Shown here: positions 33,839-42,229 of the stretch, piece after piece
Numbering within the stretch: the first letter of the stretch is position 1
Layout of the letters: each line of letters opens with the position of its first letter
Assembly: GCA_050951845.1 (NCBI GenBank)
Contig: JBMNJV010000001.1
Coordinates: forward strand, 712,304 to 776,303
Direction of reading: 5' to 3'
Origin: Saccharofermentanales bacterium
GTDB taxonomy: Bacteria; Bacillota; Clostridia; Saccharofermentanales; DTU023
DNA length: 64,000 bases
Notes under the pieces: model-generated
What the model was told of the DNA's origin: nothing
Databases searched by the model: none
Seen by the model: only the letters and a program-made list of their open reading frames with translations
Made by a program: the position numbers and the translations under genes

Positions 33839-34765
33839 TCAATAATAAAATAATGCATTATAATTGCTGCCGTCTCCAATATAATCTGAAAGACCTTGTC
33901 CCGCGGCGAAAGTAGGATCCATCAATACCCAGTTTTTTCCGTCAAAGTGAATAATACCGTCAATCCATCCGGTTTCTTCCGTGTAGACGCTGATCCACGC
34001 ATGATAAACCTTGCCTGCATACCCGATGACCAAGCGGGCAGGAATTCGCTGAACACGCAACATAGCCGTCATCAGTGCAGCATAATCAAAACAGATGCCG
34101 CGCTTTGTGTGCAGAGTATCATCTAAATCGGGTAAATAAGACGAAGATACATTTTCTGCCTTATCTAAATCGTAGACGATATTATTGACCACATAGTCAT
34201 AAATACGCTTTACCACGTCCAAATCATCCGATGCGCCCTGTGCAAGCACTTCGCTATATGCTACCGCTGCGGTTTCTTCCGTATAGTCAACGTATTGGCT
34301 GGGATGCAAAAAAGGTGTGAATTCATTTTTCAGACGCACATCAAACGATGCGCCGTCTACAAACGCATATTGCTCACCTGAAATGTTGCGGTAAATATTC
34401 AGCGTATAATGCCCGTCCCCGCAAGTCAGAGGAAATGTCTGGAATGCGCCGCTTGTCGGCAGGTCATAGGTATAGGGCTCCTGATCATCGTGTGTAAGCT
34501 GCATCTTGATCCGGCCGTCGCCAGTATATTTTACCATGACATATCCGTCTTCAAGATGCGAGGCGTCGATCAGAGAGGCTGTTCCTTCAAAAACCTGCGT
34601 TCCGTCTGCTCGAGGCACCAGCACTACCGGGCGGCTATCTCGGGAAGCTCCTTCCGCCACTGACACTTTTGCCTTTTTTTCTTCCGCACATCCCGCTGTC
34701 CAGACAATAATGAGAACAAGCATTGTCACGAATGTTCGCCGAACAATGTCCAATTTTTTCTTCAA
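33839..34765 (-). CDS. Transglutaminase-like (Cys-His-Asp) lipoprotein
   Basis: Lipobox VWTAGC. The transglutaminase core is RGICFDYAAL (Cys), VYHAWISVY (His) and VLMDPT (Asp). TTG start with GGAGGG 5 nt upstream. Confidence 0.75.
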   Translation of the reverse strand: MKKKLDIVRRTFVTMLVLIIVWTAGCAEEKKAKVSVAEGASRDSRPVVLVPRADGTQVFEGTASLIDASHLEDGYVMVKYTGDGRIKMQLTHDDQEPYTYDLPTSGAFQTFPLTCGDGHYTLNIYRNISGEQYAFVDGASFDVRLKNEFTPFLHPSQYVDYTEETAAVAYSEVLAQGASDDLDVVKRIYDYVVNNIVYDLDKAENVSSSYLPDLDDTLHTKRGICFDYAALMTAMLRVQRIPARLVIGYAGKVYHAWISVYTEETGWIDGIIHFDGKNWVLMDPTFAAGQGLSDYIGDGSNYNALFYY

Positions 34766-34907
34766 AAACGCCCTCCTGTCCTCCGCCGGCAGCAGCCATC
34801 ACCGAAATTCTTCCCTAATTATTCATAAGCAGACACAAAAAAAAAAGAGAGAGCACACAAATGATAAGTCTACTCTTTCCCATTTCGCCTCTCTTTCCGG
34901 ACTAAGA

Positions 34908-36110
34908 TCAATCGTCCACAACCAGTGGTGTCACACTGTAACTAAAGATATATTTTGCGTTTTTACTATTGCTGTAAAAGAGCCTTTTTAACCGTTCCAC
35001 TACCATACGACCCATTTTTGCATTTGGCACGGAAGGCAGTAATATCACATATTGTAAGGGACTGTAACGGGAAATCGTATCTCCCTGACGCAAGTTCTCT
35101 TGCAGCAGATCCAGTGTCCGAGCCATCACTTGCTTCAATTCCAGTGCTTCCATCTGTCTGTTGTCCATCCTGTGCACGTCTACCAATGCCAAAAACATAG
35201 ACGTATCCAGCCGCTTCAGATTACGCATCTGCAAATGATAGATATCGTTGAAGATAGCGTATTCACACACAAACGCACCTGCCTCCGGTCTGCCGTTCCG
35301 CAGTTCTTCACAGATTTCTTCAATCTCTGCCTCCGAGCTTTTTTCACCTTTTATCAATTCTTTATAGAAATTTAAAATCTCGTCCGAGGGTTTCAACCCC
35401 AAATGCGTGTATTGCAGGTTTGTCGTATTCTGATATTGTTCCAACGCCTCTTTATTCTTACCGGTATTGAGCAGCGCGGACATCAGTTCCAAATTCAGGA
35501 CGGAATAGAAAGCATCAATATCCAGTGCAATTTTACATACGCGGATTACGTCACCATACTCTTTTTCTTTATTCAGCAATTCGATGTAACGATAGACTGT
35601 TTTCAGGTAAAGATCGTGGTAATATACGCTTTTGGGTGTAATCCATTTGCTCAGGCTGGAATTTGTCAGCAGATCATCTGTATATAGTTGGAGAAGTTCT
35701 TCAAATTGATCCCTCACATCAGGATCAAGAGATTCCGCATCGGATAAGGTATTGCAAAGATCCTCCATACGAAAAACGTCTATCTTAGCCGGAAGGTCGG
35801 GGTTCCACATATAGCCGCCCGGTATCGTCACAATCGCCCCGGGGAGCCCGTTTTCTTCCAGATCCTTACGCAATCGGCTGATCAGCGTTTTGAGTGCGTT
35901 CTCCGCATTGATTTCTTCATCTTCTCCCCAGATCATTTCCGCCAACCGCGATACGGACATGGGTCTTTGCCTGTTGAGGATCAGGATTTCGAGCAAAGCC
36001 GTTTTTTTCTTAGAGGACCAGATGGTCTGAGAAATATCCACGTCATCCACCAGTATTCGCAATTCGCCAAAAACATTGATCTCCAAGTTTTTCATTCTAT
36101 CACTATCCAT
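34908..36110 (-). CDS. SARP-type regulator: OmpR-like winged helix, BTAD, and a degenerate GGDEF-like C-terminal domain
   Basis: The N-terminus (LEINVFGELRILVDD...LLEILILNRQRPMSVSRLAEMIWG...LISRLRKDL) has the SARP pattern. A helical BTAD-like middle follows. The C-terminus has a GGDEF-fold pattern with RYSPLQYVILLP in place of RYGGDEF. Start is 36110 or 36095. Confidence 0.65.
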   Translation of the reverse strand: MDSDRMKNLEINVFGELRILVDDVDISQTIWSSKKKTALLEILILNRQRPMSVSRLAEMIWGEDEEINAENALKTLISRLRKDLEENGLPGAIVTIPGGYMWNPDLPAKIDVFRMEDLCNTLSDAESLDPDVRDQFEELLQLYTDDLLTNSSLSKWITPKSVYYHDLYLKTVYRYIELLNKEKEYGDVIRVCKIALDIDAFYSVLNLELMSALLNTGKNKEALEQYQNTTNLQYTHLGLKPSDEILNFYKELIKGEKSSEAEIEEICEELRNGRPEAGAFVCEYAIFNDIYHLQMRNLKRLDTSMFLALVDVHRMDNRQMEALELKQVMARTLDLLQENLRQGDTISRYSPLQYVILLPSVPNAKMGRMVVERLKRLFYSNSKNAKYIFSYSVTPLVVDD

Positions 36111-36331
36111 CCGATCAAATTTCCTGTCGCATAACCCATGCGGACTTTCAGCGATGCTTGCCTTTCGTTCTATCACTTTATTCTAGTTATTTTATGCGTA
36201 TAATTATACTGGATTTGTACACCTTTATCAACTTTCCGACTTGTTGAAGTGAAGGAATAACCGCTTGAATAAAGGATTAATCATCTTCAATTAATATAGA
36301 AATGATTATATTATGATATTACTCTCAGGCA

Positions 36332-36378
36332 CATTTTTAAAATATGGATTCGCTGTATTGTTATCTTTAATAATACTT
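36332..36378 (+). promoter_or_regulatory. Copy A of a shared ~46-nt intergenic element (core ATTCGCTGTATTGT)
   Basis: CATTTTTAAAATATGGATTCGCTGTATTGTTATCTTTAATAATACTT aligns by eye with 40037-40081 with only a few mismatches or gaps. Confidence 0.5.
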
Positions 36379-36429
36379 GTTTTTATTATATAAAACAACT
36401 TTAATAATACTTGTTTTTATTATATAAAA
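36365..36429. repeat. 31-bp direct repeat x 2 (period 34)
   Basis: CTTTAATAATACTTGTTTTTATTATATAAAA at 36365-36395 and 36399-36429. Confidence 0.9.
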
Positions 36430-36608
36430 TATATTTATGTAAAGAATTTATGTGTTTGTTTAAATCAGGTGAGTTGTCAAATTGAAAGTTTCTGATAAGC
36501 AAACAAAAGATCAGTAAGAGTTCTCAACTAATATACCGGGATAACAATACTATTGCTTAAGATTTATCGGGGATCCTGATACCGGAGAGAGGAAGTGAAT
36601 AAATCTCT

Positions 36609-37964
36609 ATGTTAAAAAATAAAATAATTATCTTTCTTTTAATTGTTAATATGTTTCTTTGTGTGGCTTGTCAAGATCAATCAAATGGAGAAGATGCTCA
36701 TCAGGAAGACTCTGTTGACCATGCAAGTGAGCAGGAAGAAGCGAAAGTGACATTTGCCGAAGACGAAAGTACGGGAGATTCGAAAAATCAGGAAAGCAAA
36801 CAAGAAGAAATTATTAAGACATTTGATGAAGGGGAAAATACCAAAGATTCTGAAAATCAAGAAAGCAAGCAAGAAGAAACAATTAAGACAAGCGAAGAAG
36901 AAAGTTCAAAATATTCTGAAAAACAAGAAATAAACATAAGTGCATACTATTTAAATATCGGAGACAAGATATCCGTTAAAAACAGCTTCCCCGTCTATGA
37001 GACTTCAGATAATGCCAGAGATGATAACTTGCAATCATCTACTTATGAACAAGGAGTTTATTATGTCTTCAAAAAGACAAATGATGCCATTAATCTAAGC
37101 AGATATGCGGATTCGCCGGGTGGCTGGACGCGGTATTCTTGTCTTGAAGAATATGAACTTTTAAGTGAAGAGGGGACTCCGGATCAAGTACTTATTCCTG
37201 GTCAAGCACCAACTCCGGATCAAGAATTTACTCCGGATCAAGAACCAACAAGTGCACCTGATACCGGTACATCTGAAACCAGTACATCTGATACCGGTGC
37301 ATCTGATCTGAATCAAAGTCTTTCCTGGTCATGGGGATATCCTGATCAGTCACCCTATATGCAGGAATATTCTGCCATATACAAATTAGATGTCAGTGAA
37401 AAAATAATCTATCTGACCTTTGACAATGGTTATGAATACCAAAATTTAACAAGCCAAATCTTAGACATCTTAAAGGCTAATAACGTCAAGGCAGCATTCT
37501 TTACAACTTCTTCATATCTTTCAAATAATCCGGCATTAGCAAAAAGAATGCTTGCTGAAGGCCATAACCTGTCTAATCATACGGCTGATCATCTTGCGCA
37601 AGGCCAATCCTCAGCAAGTGAGATTAAAGAAGACATTTTAGGCTGGGAGGACACCTATAGGAATGTTCTGGGCGTGGAGCCAGAGACCTCTTTAATGAGA
37701 CCTCCCGAAGGTTCCTACAGTGCAGAATCTCTGAAAATCGCCCATGAATTAGGATATAAAACCACCTTTTGGAATTATGGTTATAGTGACTGGGATACAA
37801 ATAACCAACCGGACCCTGAGGACTCTTTAAGGAAACTTTTAGAACATAATGAACCGGGTTCAATAGTCCTTTTACACTCAATATCGCAAACCAATGTTGA
37901 TATACTGGACCAATATATTAAATCAACCATATCTCAGGGTTATAGATTTGAATTATTAAAATAA
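36609..37964 (+). CDS. Polysaccharide deacetylase lipoprotein (NodB fold, PdaA-like TFDNGYE motif) with a long N-terminal extension
   Basis: Lipobox LCVAC. Internally duplicated QESKQEE stretch. C-terminal NodB domain YLTFDNGYEY...GHNLSNHTADH. Confidence 0.8.
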   Translation: MLKNKIIIFLLIVNMFLCVACQDQSNGEDAHQEDSVDHASEQEEAKVTFAEDESTGDSKNQESKQEEIIKTFDEGENTKDSENQESKQEETIKTSEEESSKYSEKQEINISAYYLNIGDKISVKNSFPVYETSDNARDDNLQSSTYEQGVYYVFKKTNDAINLSRYADSPGGWTRYSCLEEYELLSEEGTPDQVLIPGQAPTPDQEFTPDQEPTSAPDTGTSETSTSDTGASDLNQSLSWSWGYPDQSPYMQEYSAIYKLDVSEKIIYLTFDNGYEYQNLTSQILDILKANNVKAAFFTTSSYLSNNPALAKRMLAEGHNLSNHTADHLAQGQSSASEIKEDILGWEDTYRNVLGVEPETSLMRPPEGSYSAESLKIAHELGYKTTFWNYGYSDWDTNNQPDPEDSLRKLLEHNEPGSIVLLHSISQTNVDILDQYIKSTISQGYRFELLK

Positions 37965-38175
37965 TATTTAAGCCGGATTATTCACACTAGGAAAAATACG
38001 TATTATAATCCCTCGAAGAAATCTTGTTAACTTTGATCATAAAAGCAGTATCACTATCATGTATCACTTCAACTCTGCGGCTATCCGGAAATGATAAAAC
38101 ATCTTTTGCTATACTTCCTTCCGGTCAAGCTAAAATAGAGGCTCCTCCACAACCAGCAACAAACATGAAGATATA

Positions 38176-39354
38176 TTAATCTTTGGCTGAAAGGTCTCCG
38201 TCAACAAGCGTTCCCATGTACATTGAATATGCTCCGTTGACTTCATTTTTTTCAGAGATTTCACCGTTATATTTTACGATAACTGCGTCTCCGACTTTAA
38301 TACCGCCATACTCTACACATCTTCTGATTCTGATATCGTCGGTGTAAATCTTATATTCCGTTCCGTCCTCTTCGTTGTTACAGAGAGCACTGTCATCAAT
38401 CAACACGTAGTCATCGTCAATCTCAGTCAATATACCTGACACCGTTAATTCGTATGGAATTGACTCAGCTTCTGCTGAGTTGTTTTTTGCATAGCTGATG
38501 ATCTTTCCTGCAGCATCCTCACCGATATAATATATATGGCTGTAACTGAAAAGATTGGTTGCAAAATACCCGTCCTCAGAGATATAGACAGCCAGCTTAT
38601 ATGCGCCCAGAGCATCAGATGTTGCAGTAAAGGTCAGATAGTAGCGATTATCTAGCTCAAAGGAATCTGTTTTATCATACAAAGCTGCATCTCCACATCC
38701 ACTGAGGATTTCCCGGATATACGCATCATCAGTTAGCTCGAACTCACCCTTGTCATCGTATCCCTCAGAAATCGTAAAATGATTAAATTTCAAGTTCTGT
38801 TCCAAGCCATAGAGGTCCAAAACATCTCCGAAAGTAGCAGGTTTTGAGATGTCATCTGCCATATAAACATAAAACTCACCTTCGGTACCTGCCGCAATAA
38901 GTCTATCTTCAGACACACCATTAATTTTATAAGCTTTAAAAGTCTCGGTGTATTTCTTGTTGGTATAAGAATCTACACCTAATGCTTCACAGGAACCAAG
39001 CATATCTCCAAGTACATCTTCGCTAACAGGTCTTGATAATTTGATACCATACTCCTTGTCGTTAAACTTAACGGTAGTGTACTTTTCGGCAATGGTCATA
39101 TATTCCCACGGCCACTCCATAGCCATCTCAGCTCCGGAGATATGGTATTTATATTTTTCGGGATTTACATCATTACCGCCAAAGATTGATGGCAGGATTA
39201 CAGCACTTATGATGATCAACACTGCAAAACAAGCCGCGACAAATCCCCGTTTGATCCAAGGATTACGCTTTGTTTTCTTCTTGCTCTCGACCGCTGACTC
39301 AATATATTCAGGGTTGATGCCGCCAATGGCATCTAAAAGTTCATAATCTTTCAT
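38176..39354 (-). CDS. Putative anti-sigma factor (short cytoplasmic N-terminus, one TM helix, large extracytoplasmic domain)
   Basis: 4-nt overlap with the upstream sigma gene. The topology is typical of Clostridial ECF anti-sigma partners. No recognisable catalytic motif. Confidence 0.5.
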   Translation of the reverse strand: MKDYELLDAIGGINPEYIESAVESKKKTKRNPWIKRGFVAACFAVLIIISAVILPSIFGGNDVNPEKYKYHISGAEMAMEWPWEYMTIAEKYTTVKFNDKEYGIKLSRPVSEDVLGDMLGSCEALGVDSYTNKKYTETFKAYKINGVSEDRLIAAGTEGEFYVYMADDISKPATFGDVLDLYGLEQNLKFNHFTISEGYDDKGEFELTDDAYIREILSGCGDAALYDKTDSFELDNRYYLTFTATSDALGAYKLAVYISEDGYFATNLFSYSHIYYIGEDAAGKIISYAKNNSAEAESIPYELTVSGILTEIDDDYVLIDDSALCNNEEDGTEYKIYTDDIRIRRCVEYGGIKVGDAVIVKYNGEISEKNEVNGAYSMYMGTLVDGDLSAKD

Positions 39355-39911
39355 AACGCATAACCTTCCTTCTCTAAATGTATACGCAGTCTTTCTCTCA
39401 TACGAAACAGCATGACTTTGACTTTACTCTGGGAATAGCCATATCTTTTACAGATTTCAGAAATCGTATCGAAAAACCAGTATCTTCTGACGAATACATT
39501 GCGCTGTTCCTCTGAACAAGTATCCAGAAAGCTATCAATGATTTGACTTAAATCATTAGCTTCAATTTCATCCTCAATATAACTTTCTCCGGGAATACAT
39601 TCTTGCATTTCCTGTGTAAGTTCGAAAAACAGAGCTTGTCTTTTCTGTGCAGAATTTCTTCTGCATATATCTATAGCAATATGCCGTATGATTTTCCCGA
39701 GAAAAGCAAAGAGATATGTCCTTGGCTCATGCGGCGGTATTCGGTTCCATGCTTCAAGGTAGGTATCGTTTTCACATTCTTCAGCTGATTCCGGATTACC
39801 TAAAATTCTGTTTGCAATCCGCCGGAGCCCGGAACCGTATTTCTGTGACGTCTGAGAGATGGCGGATTCGTTTCTGGATAAATAGAGCTCTACAATTTTT
39901 GAATCGTCCAA
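39351..39911 (-). CDS. ECF-type RNA polymerase sigma-70 family factor
   Basis: Region 2 (DTYLEAWNRI) and region 4 (ISEICKRYGYSQSKVKVMLFRMRERL) patterns. 186 aa. Confidence 0.8.
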   Translation of the reverse strand: MDDSKIVELYLSRNESAISQTSQKYGSGLRRIANRILGNPESAEECENDTYLEAWNRIPPHEPRTYLFAFLGKIIRHIAIDICRRNSAQKRQALFFELTQEMQECIPGESYIEDEIEANDLSQIIDSFLDTCSEEQRNVFVRRYWFFDTISEICKRYGYSQSKVKVMLFRMRERLRIHLEKEGYAL

Positions 39912-40036
39912 TCTGATTTCCTCCTTCCGGCATCTTATTATGTTATTAAGGTCTTCACTCTATATAGCGGATTATTATTATCTTAGGTTACATAAAAGAT
40001 TATTTTTATCATAATACTCTTAGTGGCATTTAGCGG

Positions 40037-40081
40037 CATTTTTAAATATAATTCGCTGTATTGTAAACTTTAATAAAACTT
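40037..40081 (+). promoter_or_regulatory. Copy B of the shared intergenic element; includes TTGTAA, 17 nt, TAATAT
   Basis: CATTTTTAAATATAATTCGCTGTATTGTAAACTTTAATAAAACTT. The promoter-like hexamers face the MFS gene. Confidence 0.5.
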
Positions 40082-40250
40082 TTTAATATTTATAATATAG
40101 CCTAAAGAATTAATGAAAGTTCCCGATAAGAAAAAAAGAAGAGCTATCAACTAGTATTTCCGATAATGATTGGAAGGATGTAGTACAGTAATATTCATTC
40201 TTGTTACCGAGCCGGAATAAAAAACGTACATATTCAATAGAGTTAAAGAT

Positions 40251-41510
40251 ATGAAAGATGTTAAGAATAAGAAACCGCATTATGCATGGACTATACTAGC
40301 CAGCTGTATTTTATTAAAAATAGGCTTGGGCGGAGTGGTTATGTGTATTGCCGGTAATTTTGTGACCCCTGTTGTCCGGGAGCTAGGTAGTTCAGTCAGT
40401 GAATTTACGATGTTAGTAAGTGTTAAAGCTGCTGCTATGGCATTGATGTTTACTACGGCAGCAAAAATTCTTGCTTCAAGAAAGATCGGATATGTGATGG
40501 GCATTGCTGCACTTGCTCAGATTTCAGGAATTGCCTTAATGGCAACCTATAATTCAGTCTACATGTTTTATTTTTCGGGTGCTTTAATTGGCATAGGTGC
40601 TGCATTTACCGGATATGTCGCAGTTCCGGTTCTGATCAATATGTGGTTCAAAGAAAAGACAGGTACGGTTTTGGGTATAGTAATGGCAGTCGAAAAAGTT
40701 GCTGTAATCATGTATACAATGCTTTCCGGACAATTTATCGTGAAATTCGGCTGGAGAAAAAGCTATGTCATTTTAGCTTTAATTAGTTTAATTGTTTCTG
40801 TACCGGCCCTGTTTCTTCTGGTTAAAACACCTGAAGAAAAAGGCATCGAACCATACGGAGCTGAAATCACTGCCGGCAATCTTGCGGAAAACAAGTTAAA
40901 AGAACCCTGCTTTACTCGCAAGGAGGCATTAAGAATGCCATTGTTCTATTTGGTGTGGTTTACGTGCATGTTATATAGTGTGGCTTGCGGAGTCCAGCAA
41001 TATATAGCAAATTTTTCAACGATGGAAATGCAGCGAACGATTACCTTCGGTTCAACTGCCGCGATGTCTGTGAGCTTGGGTTGTGCTGTCAGCAGTACTG
41101 TGCTTGGCTATATCAATGACAAATTCGGAGTTAAAGCAGGGCTTGCCTGGGGTGCTTTCTTCTATTCTGTAGGGTATGGTTTGATGATAATGAGCATTAA
41201 CAATCCTGAGTTAATAATTGTTGCTTCAGTTTTGGTAGGCTTCGGCGGTGTGATGTATACTGTGCAATCACCGTTATTAGTCAGGTCTGTTCTGGGAGAT
41301 AAGAATTATTCTTCTATTTGGGCTTTGATGATGGTAGGAAATAGCTTGATCGGAGCGTTTTCCTTTTCACCAATTGGTCTTTTCTATGATCTCAGCGGGA
41401 GTTATAAAGGAGCGTTCATTATGGCAATTGCACTCCACATTATTGCTTTCTTAATCGGATCCAAGTCTGTAAATATGAGTATCAAAATACGTCAGACCGG
41501 GAAAAATTAA
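40251..41510 (+). CDS. MFS transporter (12 TM, oxalate/formate or monocarboxylate-like subfamily)
   Basis: Hydrophobicity pattern and size. The substrate is not inferable. Confidence 0.75.
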   Translation: MKDVKNKKPHYAWTILASCILLKIGLGGVVMCIAGNFVTPVVRELGSSVSEFTMLVSVKAAAMALMFTTAAKILASRKIGYVMGIAALAQISGIALMATYNSVYMFYFSGALIGIGAAFTGYVAVPVLINMWFKEKTGTVLGIVMAVEKVAVIMYTMLSGQFIVKFGWRKSYVILALISLIVSVPALFLLVKTPEEKGIEPYGAEITAGNLAENKLKEPCFTRKEALRMPLFYLVWFTCMLYSVACGVQQYIANFSTMEMQRTITFGSTAAMSVSLGCAVSSTVLGYINDKFGVKAGLAWGAFFYSVGYGLMIMSINNPELIIVASVLVGFGGVMYTVQSPLLVRSVLGDKNYSSIWALMMVGNSLIGAFSFSPIGLFYDLSGSYKGAFIMAIALHIIAFLIGSKSVNMSIKIRQTGKN

Positions 41511-41620
41511 ATAGGAAAAATCGAAATATAGGAATTAAAATTGATTTGAGTGACTGAATTAATTTTGATTCTTCAGAAATACGTTCCGGTACGATCACAT
41601 TAACGACTTCCATTTTGTTT

Positions 41621-41707
41621 GCTGCTTCCGGGCTCAGCGGAAAAAATCTAATCAATCAGTATGGATTCAAGGTTCGTATAGCTGCTTCCGGGCTCAGCGG
41701 AAAAAAT
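41621..41707. repeat. 27-bp direct repeat x 2 (period 60)
   Basis: GCTGCTTCCGGGCTCAGCGGAAAAAAT at 41621-41647 and 41681-41707. Each contains a small TTCCG/CGGAA hairpin. Confidence 0.85.
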
Positions 41708-41739
41708 GCAGATCAAGAATGAATGTATTTACTTTATTT

Positions 41740-41781
41740 GTCTAATGGTGTAGACTAAGACTGAAGTCTAACCGAATAGAC
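41740..41781. promoter_or_regulatory. Two GTCTA-N6-TAGAC palindromes, candidate BlaI-family operators
   Basis: GTCTAATGGTGTAGAC (41740-41755) and GTCTAACCGAATAGAC (41766-41781), 80-120 nt upstream of the blaI-like gene. Confidence 0.45.
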
Positions 41782-41857
41782 AAGCAGCTTATCCGGAACA
41801 TACGAAGAGCAAATTCCCGGAATTTAGTCTCATTGAGTAGATAAGGAGTAAATAGAT

Positions 41858-42229
41858 ATGGAAATTCCGAAAATCCACGAAAGTGAATACCGTTTTTGTT
41901 TGATTATGTGGGAGCATGAGCCTGTCGCAACAGTCGAAATTGTGCAACTGTGTCAGGAGCAGCTTGGCTGGAAAAGAAGCACAACTTATACGGTTATTAA
42001 ACGTCTGGGCGAGCGCGGTGTGCTGAAAAATGAAAACAGTATAATTACATCTCTCGTTTCCAAAGCTGAAGCCCAGGCATCTGAAATTGATGAACTGATT
42101 GAGAAAAAATTTGAAAATTCTCTGCCTGCATTTATCGCTGCTTTTACAAAGAATCAAGATATGTCTGATCAGGAACTCGATGAAGTACAGCGTATGATTG
42201 ATCGGATCAGGGAAGGGGGTTCTCAATGA
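41858..42229 (+). CDS. BlaI/MecI/CopY family transcriptional repressor
   Basis: 123-aa winged helix with the family N-terminus (ISESEYRFCLIMWEHEPV). Coupled by a 4-nt overlap to an M56 peptidase gene. Confidence 0.85.
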   Translation: MEIPKIHESEYRFCLIMWEHEPVATVEIVQLCQEQLGWKRSTTYTVIKRLGERGVLKNENSIITSLVSKAEAQASEIDELIEKKFENSLPAFIAAFTKNQDMSDQELDEVQRMIDRIREGGSQ

